Origin: the human T2T-CHM13v2.0 reference genome, Homo sapiens
DNA: 64,000 bases
Strand: one strand, 5' to 3'
Assembly (NCBI RefSeq): GCF_009914755.1
Contig: NC_060938.1
Each line of letters begins with the position of its first letter. The stretch's first letter is position 1. The notes below the pieces were generated by a model. That model was not told the DNA's origin. It searched no databases and worked only from the letters and a program-made list of their open reading frames with translations. Below, in pieces: positions 1 to 14,117 of the stretch. The position numbers and the translations under genes were made by a program.

Positions 1-512
1 GAACACAGGCGGAATTTGGGAAGCCTCTGTGACGATGCACTTTTAGTGGTCAGTGTCCCTCTGCTGCGCCCCTTGGTCAAATATCTAATGACGTGCACAT
101 GCATAGGGCATGAAATCATAAAACCAGACAGGGCTGTGGGATGCCCATATACAAGCCAACTTCCTTTCTTCACAAATAAGCTCAACACGTGCTCAGAATG
201 CTTATGTGGCCCGGCCCCAGGTAGAAAGCTGGTGAGGACCACGGCCTTAGACACACATTTACATATAAACCACTGTGTGCGGAGACAGGCTCTTCTCTTC
301 TCTATTTTCCCTGAGGCAGGGACTGGGACCCTTAATTATACGTAAGAAAAATGGAAGGTGCAGGCACCGCCCTTGCTTACCTCTGTCCTAAGGGCTGGTG
401 TGGGGAGCAGCACTCACCCCACTGCCTGCCTCCCTCCTGGGCCTTCGGTGCCCAGCAGTTGTTCCCGTTGAGAACCAGAAACATTTTGTCACACAAACAC
501 CACATGGTCCCC

Positions 513-877
513 TGTCTTAATCCGTTCCTACTGCTGTAACAAAACATCTTGGGATGGGTGATTTCTAAATCATTGGTATTTATTTATCACCATTCTGGAG
601 ACTGCAAAGTCCAAGATGAAGGCACTGGCAGAGGCAGCATCTGGAGGGGCTGCTCTCTGCTTCCGAGGTGGCGCTTGTCCCAGGTCCTCACGGACGAAGG
701 GGCGGAAGAGACAATCAGGCTCCCTGGAGCCGTTTCATAAGGGTACTGATGGCATTCGTGAGAGTGGAGCCCTGAGGACCTAATCACTTTCTAAAGGCCC
801 CATCTCGTAAGACTATTGCATTGGGGATTAAGTTTCAACATGAATTTTGGAGAGACACAAACATTCTAGCCATAGCA
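513..877 (-). mobile_element. MaLR solo LTR, MLT1A/MLT1A0-like
   Basis: TG...CA ends (tgtcttaatcc...ccatagca). The reverse complement begins tgctatggctagaatgtttgtgtctctccaaaattcatgttgaa, as in MLT1A. Confidence 0.85.
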
Positions 878-1374
878 CCCTCTAAACTCAGAGTTGGGTG
901 CCTCTAATTTTCCTTACAGCAAGCATTGCCTGTGGACACTTACCAAGTGGCCAGCTGGCCAGAGAACTCATGCGCCAGCCAAGAAGGTCCGTGAAGAGGG
1001 CCTCGTGAACCCCCAGGGAACAGCCGCCAATGGCAAGACTTTTTCTGCATCCCCGCCCGGTGGACTCTGTCAGGCCTCACCCTCCTCACCCTCTGGCTTC
1101 ATGCTGTTCCCTGGCAGTGGTGTTTTTTTGTTGTTGCATTCTTTCTTCCCAGCATTTAAGGATGAATTAAATTCTTTTCCTTTTTTTCCTGATGCAAAAT
1201 AATAACAACCCAGAAAGGAAAAAAAAAATCCAGCTGATGAAAACTCCTGATGTGTCTAATAAATCTTTTCAAAGCATATTTGGAATTGGCCAGTCCAGTC
1301 GGGCACAGGACATGCTGCACTGGGGTGAGCGGCGGCCAGGCCGAGAGAAGGTGGCCCGTGGCGTGGCTGGGCCC

Positions 1375-1505
1375 GGAGTCCAGTTCTGCCACTTAGATCC
1401 GTATGGCCTTAAGCACACCCCTTATGTTTTGGGATCTCAGTTTTCCTCACTTGTAAAATGGAAATACCCATGGCCACCTCCCAGGCGGTGGTGAGGATGA
1501 AACAC
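1375..1505 (+). mobile_element. MIR SINE fragment
   Basis: MIR core ctcagttttcctcacttgtaaaatgg...gtggtgaggatgaaa. Confidence 0.7.
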
Positions 1506-2179
1506 CCCGTGCATTGTAGGCCTCCATTATAATCACAACCTCTGCCCGCTAGTAAGTCCCAGTGAATGAGGCCACCAAAGCATCCTCAAAGCCTGGAATT
1601 AAGAATGCGTCAGAGATGACCTGCAGGGCATGTACTTGTATCCCTGATTTGCAAATAACTCAACTGCGCCTCAAAGAGGTTCAGAAACAAGCCCAAGGCC
1701 ACAAAATCAGAGAGTCTGAAACCACAGCCTCCTGCTTGGAAGCCAGCAATCTTTCCACGTCAGCTCGTCCTCGCCACCACATGAATTTCCTTTCTCCATA
1801 AGCCTTAAAGGAGCAGGAAAGGACTCACCGGGATGCCATTTCTTCCTCCTTCATCGCCCTCTCCCAGACCTCATCCAGAACCACACCAGGCTTCCTGCGG
1901 CCACTCTGAGAAGGACCAGGGCTCCCGGGGATGCTAGGGAGGAAGGCACCCAGCACTGGTTTCCTTTCTCCATCTCCAAGGTCACAACACTGGCCATGCC
2001 CTCTGCCAGCACCCCGGTCCCTGGCAGGTGTTGAGAAACAGGCGCTCTTGGTTGGGAGAAGCCAGGGAAGGGGCCTCCAGGCCCCAGCCTAGCACATACC
2101 AGGCGTTTCTCTTCATTCTCACTGCCGCCTGGGGCCGCGTGGCTGAGACTGTGCCCTCGCGTAGGGTTCCCATTTGGGC

Positions 2180-2340
2180 ATTAGCTTCAGGGAGCACAGG
2201 ACCAGGGCAAAATATTCAGCTTCTCTGTGCCTTGGTTTCTTCATAAAATGGGAATAAGGTAAGACCAGCCTTCTACAGTCTTGTAAAGGTTAAAGAATGA
2301 TGCACACTGCTGGGTCCAAGACCTAAATCAGTGCTCAGAT
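2180..2340 (+). mobile_element. MIR SINE fragment
   Basis: ctctgtgccttggtttcttcataaaatgggaataa core. Confidence 0.65.
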
Positions 2341-3119
2341 GTGCTGCAAGCTCTGTGGAGGAATGCAATCACCGGTACCATGACTTTGGTCTATGGCCCA
2401 CCATCGGGTCCTCAGCCAGCCCCACGGAAGGGGCCCTGTTTTCTCTTGTGTAAGGGAGGACAGTCATACACACTCTGCCCACTTCAGAGTTGTTATAAGA
2501 ATGACATTAAATCATGTCACGCGAGAGCTCATGTAAGTTCACACATCTATTTGTGCAGTCACCAAACACAGGCTGAGAGCCTACTGTGCATCAGGCACCA
2601 TGCTAGGCACGGGGGATTCCCAGAGACAGATACCCAGATCCCAGACATACGGCGTTCATGGTCTGGCTGGGGAGGAAACACATAGCTGCCTCTGTGTGGT
2701 AAGGGCACCTTGTAAGGAGCACACATGGGTGGCCCTGGGCACAGACAGAAGGATGCTGGGGTGAGGAGTAGGGAGGCACCATGGAGAAGTGAGGTGTCAT
2801 GGAGAAGTGAGGCAGGTGCCCAGCAGGGTAGGGCAAAGCTCTTTAGGCTGGCACACTGGGTCCCATGAGGTACATCAGCCCTGGAGACCTCGGGACAGCT
2901 GGGCGATGTCCACATCAACATGGGCTTCGAGCCATGATGAGGATCCACCACACACTCTGCACAGCTGACCCTGCACATCCTCTTGCAGAGCTTGGGAAGG
3001 ACCCAGACAGGAAAGGAAGGAGGGCTGGAGCTGGGGTCTTCCCAGTGGAAACCTAGGCCATGGGGCTCACTATACAGTGGTACCGGAGGCACCTCTCAGA
3101 TCCCAGTGGAAATGGCTTT

Positions 3120-3345
3120 GTGGAAGGCATAGATTTCGTAGGTGAACAAAGCTGGTCTCACTCCCAGTCTCATCGTTCAACAGCTGTTTGATGAACAGCA
3201 CTTGTGTCACCTGGTAAGTCTCCACTCCTCACTGTCAATGGGGTCAAGACCTCCTACCTCCACCGGACTGTTGTCAAGACTGAGATGAATGCAAAGTGCC
3301 TCGCCCAGCGCCTGGCTCAGAGAACTGACTTCATAAATGGCCGCT
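3120..3345 (+). mobile_element. MIR SINE (diverged)
   Basis: Degenerate core plus 3' aaagtgcctcgcccagcgcctggctcag. Confidence 0.6.
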
Positions 3346-3914
3346 CTCATTAGTAATAATTTTATAATAAGAACAAAGACAGAGTTGGTGACATGGGAGT
3401 ATTTCTGAACTCAGACTAACAGGGAAACAACATCCAGGTTTCCTAGGGGCCCAGCCATCTGTGTTCGAATAAAAACGTGAATTAGCCAACAATGTTCGCC
3501 AGCCCCACCATGTACCTGGCAAATGTTTACTGGCTTTCTCTGCTCTGTCGGACCTGGAGGAAAAGTAGAATCAGAAATTCCTCTGCAGGAGCTCTGTTCT
3601 GTTTCACTTCCAGAAACCACTGGCTGTCAGGCCACTGCAGTACTCGCACACTCCAGTTCGGGAAAGAAGTCCCAGTTCCTGGCACGGCGAAGGCTTTCCC
3701 TCAATCTGTAAGCAAGACCTGGTCACTGAAGACACAGTGAATGCAACTCTCCTTCTTGGGTGGCTCTCCTGGAAGAGACACTCATCAAAGAAGTCGCCAT
3801 TCCTAGGCATTGAGTTGTGTCATACTGGTGACTTAGCTTGATAATGAAAATCTCAAGAATCAAACTACTCCAAAAAATAAAATTCAGCCAAAGTTTTCCC
3901 CAAACCCCTCTACA

Positions 3915-4135
3915 TCAAAAGTCAGCAAACTATGGCCCAAGGGCCAAATTTAACCCACCACCTGGTTTTTGTAAATAAAGCTTTATTGGCACACAGCCAC
4001 GTCCATTTCTTTATATATCACCTATGGCTGTGTTCACACTACAGTGGCAGAGTTGAATTGTCGGCTGTGACAGAGACCCACAGAGCCCACGATGTTCACC
4101 ATCTGGCCCTTGCAGAGAAAGTGGGCTGGCCCCCG
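3915..4135 (-). mobile_element. MER58A (hAT-Charlie MITE)
   Basis: gtcagcaaactatggccc...gtttttgtaaataaagctttattggcacacagccac...atctggcccttgcagagaaag is the reverse complement of MER58A. Confidence 0.85.
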
Positions 4136-4439
4136 CTCCACATAAACATGGGACAGGTGTCAGCCTCCCCAACCCCACGCTGCCATGGCCTCTGGCAGGG
4201 GTCTGATGCTCCTCTGATCCTGAGCAGAGATGGCAAGTAGGTCCCCCTGAGCGGCAGGGTGGGGTGCAGACTGCATTTCCAGGCTCGTCTGCAAGAGCTG
4301 AGTTGACTGGGGGGCAACGGACATCTCCCTGAAAATCTTGGCTGGTGTCCAGTGGACAATTTGCATGTGGAGCCTGGAAATACTGGAGTGTGGTCTCACA
4401 CACCTAACCCATATTAGCAGCTCCTTAGATGACAGTGAT

Positions 4440-4640
4440 AAAAGCTTCCATTTGGCAACCGCTTTTATGTTTATAAAGTGGTTCGTATCCCTTGTTTCAC
4501 TTAGTTCTCAGGTCAATCTCATGAGGCACCTTGTTTCTTAATTTGCAGCTGAGGAGACTTACTCAGAGGGTGATGTGTGGTTACCTGCATGGCCCGTGGG
4601 GCAAAGATTTCCTGACGTAATAATCCAGGTCTTGCCACAC
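4440..4640 (-). mobile_element. MIR SINE
   Basis: atttgcagctgaggagacttactcagaggg is the antisense MIR core. Confidence 0.6.
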
Positions 4641-5104
4641 TGCACTCCCCCAGGCTCTGAGCGACCCCTGAGGCCACCTCCAGAGGCCCGGTGTGGGAAG
4701 AGGGTTCCAGGGGACCACTGTGCTCCACGCTGAGCTTTTCAGCAACCCTACCTGAGTGCTGTGAGCCAGCGGTGGTCATCCATCCTATCTCAGAACTCAA
4801 AATAAACATTGACCACTCTTGGTCCTAAAAAAACGTTAGGACCACAGCGGGGTGAGCAGGGGCAGAAGGCAGTGAGGAGAGCCTCTCAGTAGAGAGGAAA
4901 GGCTGAGAGCAGAATTAGAGAGGGAGCCAGCAGAGGCCGGGGCTGCCCAGGCCGGCCCTCCGACCCTCCCTCTACTGCCCAGGCCGGCCCTCCAACTTCC
5001 CTTTCTGCTGCCCGTTTCCTGAGTCCTGGCTGAGCCTCTGGAACATGGAAGAGGCCACGATTTAGAATCACATGGGGATTGTGTTTCATTGTGTGTGAGT
5101 GTGC

Positions 5105-5405
5105 CCCTCCCATGACCCCAGGGGAGGAGGCTCCTTGCCCCTTTCAGACTCTGGTGCTTCAGGCATTCCTTGGTTTGTGGGAACAGAACTCCAGCCTCTG
5201 CCTCCGTCTCCGCATGGCCTCCCTGTTTCCATGTGTCCTTTTCTGTCTCCTATAAGGACACCAGTCATTGGGTTTAGGGCCCACCCTAACCCAGCAGGTT
5301 AATTACACCTTTCTTTAATTACACCTGCAAAGACCTTATTTCCAAATAAGGTCACCCTCTGAGGTTCCAGGTGAACACGACGTTTTTGGAGGGTCAGGAT
5401 TTTGC
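5105..5405 (-). mobile_element. MaLR LTR fragment, MLT1B/C-like
   Basis: ataaggacaccagtcattgggtttagggcccaccct and acctgcaaagaccttatttccaaataaggtcac. Confidence 0.8.
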
Positions 5406-6129
5406 CACGGAAGGGTTGCCGTGAACAGATTGGTGATTGTCAGGAGAGTGGAGTGTGCCTGGCTCTGGGCAGTTCTGTTCGTGCTCCCTGGCGGAGGCGG
5501 CAGCAGGAGGGCCCTGTTACCTGTATTCCCACCTGTCCAGGACTCCGCGTGGACTTCAGTCCAACCCCTAACATGGCTCACAGGCCTCTTCACCATCTGC
5601 TGTCTGCGGACAGCTTCATCTGCCTCCCACGCTCCTTCAGAGCTCACTGACCTCTCAGGTAGACCCTGCTTTTCAGCATTCACTGCCTTTGCCCCGCTGC
5701 TGCGGCCGGGCTGCCCTCAGCTTCCCACGTGGCCCACAGTCCACTCAGTTCCTGCGTTCCACACCGACCCTCCTGCCGCGTGTGGGCTTGCCTGTCTGTC
5801 TTCCCTACCAGATGACAAATGCCGCTTAGAACCACCGCTGGGTCTCATTGATCCTGAACCTCCACTGCCTAGTAAAGTTTTCCTCCTTTTAAACCTTTAC
5901 CTTGACAGCTCTTTTCTAGATTCATTCAACAAATGCACCATTAATTTATGACAACGAAGACTAAACCAGACCTGGAATGCTCAGTTAGTGATTAGCGACA
6001 CCCTGTCTTGAACCACCGCGTGACTAAGGGCAGAGCCAAGCTGTCTCTATCTTTGTTTCTGGCAGTCGGAGGATCAAGGCACTAATACGCTTACTGTGCC
6101 CAGACAGCCCTCCTTTTACCTGGCATCCC

Positions 6130-6405
6130 ATTCACTCATTCCGTCGTCTGTGCAACAAACACTGACCACCCCTCCAGACAAGGACTGAGATGCCCGACAC
6201 CCGATTCCTGCCTTGAAGGAGCTCTCTGTCTAACGGGAAGACAGGACAGGAACCCACGCAGCCAAAATCAACTGCAGAACGCAACTTCCTTCACTAGTGT
6301 CTATAACAGCCTTGTCACAGGGTGATAATTGCTGCATCTACTTTCCCTCGACGGCAGACATTGAACAGTAGGCACTCAGTAAGTATTCGGTGAATGAATA
6401 AACAA
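6130..6405. mobile_element. L2 3'-end fragments (both orientations)
   Basis: cctgccttgaaggagctctctgtctaacgggaagacag (antisense) and agtaggcactcagtaagtattcggtgaatgaat (sense L2 terminus). Confidence 0.55.
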
Positions 6406-6814
6406 TTACAGAAGAGCGCTGCCAGATGCAGATGGCAGGAGGAAGAAGAACCACAGACTCCTCCTCCTCCTCCAAGACCCAACCAAAGGAAAAGAATTCA
6501 TTAGAGCAAAATTCACTAGCAATAACCACCTTGTGCCATAAACATGAAAAAGGGCAGCCAAGGGAAAAGCAGGAGATGCTGGTTTGGCACAAGGTCGTGT
6601 GATTCCTAACCCCACCCTCAACCCCTGGAAGCTTTCCTAAGGAAAGAAATTGAGACTGAGAATTCTCCCAGAACTCCTGCAGTGGGCGGCCTATGGGGCA
6701 GGGCTGCAGGGACAGCCAGGCAAAAGTGAAGTTAGAGCTCTCAGGAGTAGAAGTTCCTGCACTTCACAATGGGAGCTCAGCAAGGGAAACACATTTGGCA
6801 TTTTCCAGGGCGTG

Positions 6815-6947
6815 AGGCTGCCAGATTTAGCACATGAGAAGGTGCCAAAATGTCCCCTTGGGGACATACTTATACTTAAAAAATTATGCATTGTTTATCT
6901 GAAATTCAAATTCAACTGGGCATCCTGTATTTTATCTGGCAAGTCCA
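6815..6947 (+). mobile_element. MER53 (internally deleted palindromic DNA-transposon MITE)
   Basis: TIRs ggctgccagatttagca...tatctggcaagtcc. Internal gggacatacttatact...gtttatctgaaattcaaattcaactgggcatcctg. Confidence 0.85.
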
Positions 6948-7426
6948 CCAGGGCACTGTGCTGAGTTAGAATAACAATTTGTGGCCTGTGGGAGGGAGAA
7001 CATGCCCACAGCTGAGTGAAGTGGTCCTGGGACAGAACACTCAAGGGAGGTGTCCAACAGGGACCACCTCCGCTACCCCTCACTCCCTGAAAACTTAGAC
7101 AATAGGATATCTGATTGAGAGTAGTCTTCAAAGTACAGCCCAAGGAGAGAATGACAAACTAGCCCCCGGTAAGATGGGGAAACGTATCACAGAATGCATC
7201 GCACAAATAGGAAAGCTAGATGGAGCTGCCTCTGCCATATATCATGAAAAGAATGAAAAATAGCAAGGCGATAAATGCACATGTACTACCCAAAGAAGGA
7301 TGGGAAGGGAGGAGAGAGAACAAAGAGGAAGGGAATGAGAGAAATCGTTGAAGAATAAAGTCTGGGAGAAAACGCAGGATCAGATTCCCTGTGAGTGCTG
7401 CATACCAAAGAATGAATGGCTGGCTG

Positions 7427-7785
7427 AATAGATAGATAGATAGACAGACAGACAGATACATAGATAGAGAGATAGAGAGATAGATAGATAGATACATACA
7501 TACATAGATACATAGAGAGATACATAGATACATAGATAGATGATAGATAGATGATAGATAGATAGATAGATAGACAGATAGATACATAGATACATAGAGA
7601 GATACATAGATACATAGAGAGATAGATAGACAGATAGATGATAGGCAGATAGATAGATGATGGATAGACAGATAGATGACAGATAGATGATAGATAGGCA
7701 GACAGATAGATGATAGGCAGATAGATACAGATAAATTAGATATATAGACAGATAGATTAGATAGATAAATTAGATACATAGATAC
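7427..7785. repeat. Compound (TAGA/GATA)n tetranucleotide repeat with CAGA/TACA variants
   Basis: About 360 bp of tagatagataga arrays, followed by a TA-rich tract to ~7880. Confidence 0.95.
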
Positions 7786-7899
7786 GTATGCATATGTTTG
7801 AATATATCTATATCTACATATAATATATATGTATACATTTGTATATATGAATACTACTCATATATATATATATATATGAATACAACTATACAAAAACCA

Positions 7900-8705
7900 A
7901 AAGGTGCAAGTATAAAATAAAAGAATAATATTGACCAGCTAAGAAACCTTAGAGCCAATTTATAAATCAAATAAATAAATTACAAACGAGAAGAGATCTG
8001 ACACTTGGAAACTAAATTAATGACATGGAGTTATGATCTGAGGTCATGACCGGAAATGCAGAAGAAAAAAAATAAAGAGTTGGGAGTGATTAAAGAGAAG
8101 ATCATGGATATGGAGGACAGGCAGGGCATTCAAACGAAGGAAAACAAATGTCCCTCAAGCAGACAACTCACTAAATGGAATAGAAGACATTATTCCAAGA
8201 TATAACACAAGACATTTTTCCTGAAGTGAAGGAAAAAGTGGATATACCAATTGAAAGATTACTAATATACCAGGAAGGCTTCAGATATACCCTGGTTGTT
8301 ACTAAGCACCAATCAATGTCAAAGAGCTCATTATTTAAGCATAAAACTAGAAAAAAGCAAATAACTTACAAGGTGGAAAAAATCTGTTAATCTCAGACAT
8401 CACAGAATCATTCAGCAATAGAAGACAACAGAGCAATTTCTTACTTTGCCAAATTACCCTTCAAGAAGAAAACAAAAGGCAAGCATTCTCAAACATTAAA
8501 GAATTCAGTAATATAAAACCTATGAATCCTTCTCAAAGGAAACACTGAAACAATAATCCAGCTAAGCAAAAGATGAGTAAAATTTTAAAAACTCTAGTAT
8601 AGGTGAGCCTTGGTAAAGAGGTGTCAGTGAGCAATGCAGATGTTTGCAACTATAGCAGAAATCATACAATGGAGAATTATGCTTTGCTGATGGTAAATAT
8701 TATAA
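7900..8705 (+). mobile_element. Ancient HAL1 / L1M ORF1-like remnant
   Basis: A-rich strand with atggaggacagg...aaatggaatagaagacattattccaagatataacacaagacatttttcctgaa...attgaaag, typical of decayed L1 ORF1/HAL1. Confidence 0.55.
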
Positions 8706-8712
8706 ACTCCGG

Positions 8713-9090
8713 TGCAGCAGACAGGGAGGTGCTCCTCTCAGTCCCCTTTCAGGACCTAATGGGGGATCCCGACTTCAGGATCCAGCTGTAAGGGGTTAGG
8801 CAACAGCCTCCAGCTGTTAACTCTCAGCTTCTGAGCCAAAGTCATGCTCTTCTTGGGGCAGCCCCCAGCCAGTGACTGAGCAAGTCAGCGATGGAGGGGC
8901 CTGGTCTGTTCCACCCAAAGTGGGTCTCCTCTGAGGGACAGTCTTTGCTCTGGAGCCTCTCACTGGACTGGCAGAGTTTCCTGGTCTGCATCAGAGGCTG
9001 ACCGCTTTCCCTGCCCTTTTCTTCCACAAGTGTTACTCCCTAATAACCTTTGCGCTTCCCTTTATTCTTGAAGAATCCAAGCCTGCACAC
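8713..9090 (+). mobile_element. ERVL solo LTR, LTR16B-like
   Basis: acagcctccagctgtta, gggcagcccccagccagtgactgagca, gtgttactccctaataacct...gaatccaagcctgcacaca. Confidence 0.8.
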
Positions 9091-9227
9091 ATAGCAAAGC
9101 AAAAATAATATATGCAACAAAAATAGGTAGACTGAGAAAGGAGGAATGGAGTGGTGTAAGGAAGCCACTCACCTCATTTTCTACAGTGGGGAGTTAAGAC
9201 GTACTGCAAAAAATTAAAGCATAATGA

Positions 9228-9572
<345 letters not shown>

Positions 9573-10988
9573 TTATTAATTTTTAAAATCTTTTTTCTTA
9601 ACCTAAGCAGGATATTTACAGACGAATATCTCTTATGGTAAGGAAATTAAAGTCAGCTATTTCATTAGAGTTTTCCTTCTTTTAAACTCAATTAAATTTT
9701 AATATTTTAATCATGTAAAATATAATGCTATTTAAAAAATAATTTTACCTTGTATATATATAATTTTAAATTGTACCATATATGTGTATATATATTAATC
9801 TATTCTTCTATCTAGTCATAGAAATTTGGCATGATGTTCATCAAACACTAACTCTGTTTCTGCGTAATGAGCAACTTGTTGGTTTCCTGTTTGTACTTCT
9901 CTGTTTTGATTTAGTTTATGTAACATTCATGCAAAACTTTTTTAAAAACAATAAAGCCATTACTTTAAAAATAATAACTGTAACAACAATATATAGCTTA
10001 CATTTAACAGAAGTTTACATGTATTAACTTTTTCATAACTCATAAGCAGGTGAGTTACCACCATTATAATATATTAAAATAAAGAAAATAAAGCCATTGT
10101 TTAAATAGAATCTATATAAAATATCACTAGACTAATTAGTTTAACAAGATGCTGGCTGCATACACATATACATTGCATTTCTGTACACCATCAGCAAACA
10201 CTTGGAATCAATAAGAAATAAGTGACTATAAAAGGTGTCTACCTTTTATAATAGCAATCAAACCCAAAAGGTATCCAGAAATGGTTCTAATTAGAAATGC
10301 ATAAGATCTTTATGCCTTAAACTTTACTGAACTCTAGACTTATTGAACTCTGTTGAAATACATTTAAAAATACCTAAGTAAACGAAGAGATAGCCCATGT
10401 TTATAAATATGAACACTCAATATCGTGACAATGTCAATCTGCCCCCAAAGGGGGGTTATGATCCAATGACAATTTCAGCTGGGTCATTTTGTGGAAATTG
10501 ACAAGCTGATTCTAAAATGTATATGGAAAAGAAAATGGTCAAGAATGGATAAAGTACTCTTGAAGAATTAGTTAGAGATTTGTCCTAAAATAAAGGCTTA
10601 TTCATAAAGTAAGAGCAAATAAGGTAGTGTGATATTGGTGCAGAGATAGACAAACTGACCACTGGGACAGAATAGAGGCTCTAGAAAAAGACCAACACAT
10701 ATATGGAGCTTTGGGATATGACAGAGGTTGCTTTGCAGATTAGTGAGGAGGGGAGAACTGTACCTCCTATGCCATTTGTTAATGGTGCTGGTACAAACAG
10801 CTATCCATTTAAGAGAAAATGAAATTAGATTTCTATTTCAAGTCATAAACAAAAATCAATTCTAAATGGATTAAAAGACCAAAACATGAAAAAAAGTTTA
10901 GAGAAAATATTAGGCAATATATTTTTATCTTAATGTAAGGAAAGATTTCTTAAGACACAAAAAATATTAAACATAAAACAAAAAATTA

Positions 10989-11280
<292 letters not shown>

Positions 11281-11656
11281 CCACAAATTAATAAACTTTA
11301 AATAATTATAATAGACAATTTATATTAATCAAAAGCCACCATAAAACAATGGAAAGAAAGCCACAGACTGGGATTTAATGCTTGAAACACATATAAAGAA
11401 CATAGCACTAGTATCTAAAATACATAAGGAACTTCTTCAAACCAATTAGAAAAAAGTTATATTAAAAATGAGCAAAACACATAGTCATTTTACAGAAAAA
11501 GCACAAGTGCCAATACATTTATAAAAAGGGGCTCAATATCATCAGTAATCAGAAAAAAATACAAAATAAGGTCATAATAATCAACCATTTTACACTTTCT
11601 TCGCAAAAATTAAAAAGTCTGACTGCATTAGGTGTTGGAGAAGATATAAACAAATA

Positions 11657-11817
11657 CTTTTTTATTTTTTGAGACAGGATCTTGCTCTGTTGCTCAGGCT
11701 GGAGTGCAGTGACAAAGTCATGGCTCACTGCAGCCTTGACCTCCTGGGTTCAAGCAATACTCCTGCCTCAGCCTCCCAAAGTGCTGGGATTACAAGTATG
11801 AGCCACCATATCTGGCC
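11657..11817 (-). mobile_element. Monomer-length AluJ chimera (left-arm 5' part joined to right-arm 3' part)
   Basis: About 160 bp. cccaaagtgctgggattaca (left arm) is contiguous with ggctggagtgcagtg...gctcactgcagcc (right arm). Degenerate TSD aacaaatact/aacagatact. Confidence 0.85.
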
Positions 11818-12094
11818 CAACAGATACTCTTATACATGGCTAGTAGGAGTATGAATTGATACAAACACTTTGGAAACCAATTTGGCATTATTTTGTAAAG
11901 TTGAACACTTGCATACTTAACGACCCAAAAACCCCCCTCCTAGGTATATATCTATAAAAGAAACTAACCCAAACACCCCTCACAATGGAATATTATGCAA
12001 CAATGAAGATAAATAAACTAGAGCTACATGAAGCAACATAATATTTTTATAGAATTCAAAAGCAAATAAAATTAAATAATATATCCTTAGGCAT

Positions 12095-12502
12095 TGCCTT
12101 AGTCTGTTTAGTGTTGCTGTAAAGGAATACCTAAAGCTGAGTAATTTATAAAGAAAAGAGGTTTATTTGGCTCACACTCTTCTGGCTGAAAGACTGGGCA
12201 CCCTGTGAGAGCCTCAGGCCACTTCCACTCACAGCAGAAGGCAGAGGGGAGCCGGTGTGTGCAGAGATCACATGGTAAGACAGGAAGCAAGAGACAGGGC
12301 AGGGGCCAGGCTCTTTTTAACAACCAAATATTGTGAGAACTAATAAAGTGAGAACTCACTCATTACTGTGTGGCAGTGTCAAGCCATTCATGAGGGATCT
12401 GTCCCCGTGACCCGAAGACCTCCCATTAGGTCTCATCTCCAACACTGGGAATCAAACTTCAACATGAGGTTTGGAGGGGACAATCATCCCCATATGATAG
12501 CA
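12095..12502 (-). mobile_element. MaLR solo LTR, MSTB-like
   Basis: TG...CA ends. Perfect 5-bp TSD GGCAT at 12090-12094 and 12503-12507. ctcccattaggtctcatctccaacactggg motif. Confidence 0.92.
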
Positions 12503-14117
12503 GGCATAAAAATAAGACTGACTTTTTTTTTTAAGTAAGGGTATATAAGAAATTGATAGAAAGTAGTGATTATCTCTGGGAGAGGCAGGAAGCAAATAGG
12601 TGCACTTATTGGTTTGTAGGTTGTTTCTCCCTCTGCTTTACAGTCTAAATATATGTCAAACATCATCTTTTGTATGATTCATGTATTCAAAGCACAGAGA
12701 GGTTAAGTCATTGTTCAAGGCCATGGAGGCCATAAGAGAGAGAGCTGGGGACAAAGGCCCAGAGTCCTGTCTCACCTCCTGCACTGCATTCTCCCCTCCA
12801 ACACTTTCTCACAATGCTTAATGAGCTCCCTAAAAAGAAAGGGCTGTGCAGTAGAAAGAAAGATCAAATTATGTCAATTCCAAATATCTTCCACTTTAGT
12901 GATAGTAGTCCAAACCAGCAGAAGTAAAAGAGGAAAATGAACAGAGAAAATAAAAATGATTGTGGCTCAAGCCCCTGGAACGTGTTTGCAGACCTGGCAA
13001 CCGAGACTTCTCACTGGCAATGATGGGTGAAAAGTGCAAAGCTGTATGTAACCCAGCCTTTTGATTTTGGAAGGAAAAATCTCCATTTTTCTAAATATTT
13101 AGCCACCAACTCCTGAAGAGTCCTTTCAGAAGAACACTGTGAACATCAGCAGCCATGAACAAGAGCACATATCCCAGACCCCAGGAGTGTTTAATGGGTA
13201 GGCTCAGCCTCTGTGAGGGGCCAGCACAAACTTTGGAGAGACTGCCTCAGACCATTCCACTCCCCTGTGCTTAGAATACATCTTCATTTTACTTAAGCCC
13301 TTACCTCTAGGACTAGAATTCAGTATCTGTAGCACTTAATTTCTTCATGTTGAAAGCACTTTTCATTTCCTTAAAAATCACCTCTTTGCTGAGTATACAA
13401 GTAACATATGTTTACTCTAGAAAATATGAAAAATACAGATAAATAATAGGAAAGAAGAATAAACCATATGCAATCCCAACCTATGAAAATAATAGCTGTA
13501 TCAACTGGGTGCATTTCCTTCTAGTCTTTTTTTCTATGTACAGGTACCTACGTATTGATGTGCGTGTTTATATGTATATTTTCCTACCTAACTGAGATCT
13601 TCTTGTACACATAGTCATTAAGTACATTTTGACTTCAAAACAACACGGCTCCCTCTCCTCAATTCATTGATAATGCTCTCTGCCTTTCTTTCCATAGCCT
13701 GTGACCACATCAGCTATATCCTATGCTAGGATTAGGGTGGTAATGATTTCATTACAATCCTTTGTGACCTGCCCTGTTTCTTTAATTTTTCACAGTTCTT
13801 CAGATCAGAGACTGTCCTGAGCCAAATACAATCTGATGAGCTCTCTCAAGACTGGGTGACGGGCACTTTAGGAAACAGTACAGCTGGGGGAAGGGAATTT
13901 GCAATAATAATCAGCAATGTGCATTTATATAGTGGTTTGAGCTATATGATTCTTTTCCAGGGAGAAATATAGCTGTTATTCCTGTGGACAAGGAAGGGCA
14001 CGACAAGTTAATCTACTGGCCTCTTCAGTTGTACTGCCAGAAATTAAATCCCCACCTTGAAATTCACTAAGCCTGAGTTTTCTCATCAATAAATTGGAGA
14101 TAATAAAAGTACCTGAC

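Noticed and set aside
2559-5951. 177-aa (2559-3092) and 176-aa (5421-5951) ORFs
   Set aside because: Alternative starts, overlap with decayed repeats, no recognisable domain. Expected by chance in GC-rich DNA.
7216-7779. 187-aa ORF and overlapping ORFs rich in YLSI
   Set aside because: Translation of the (TCTA)n repeat, not a gene
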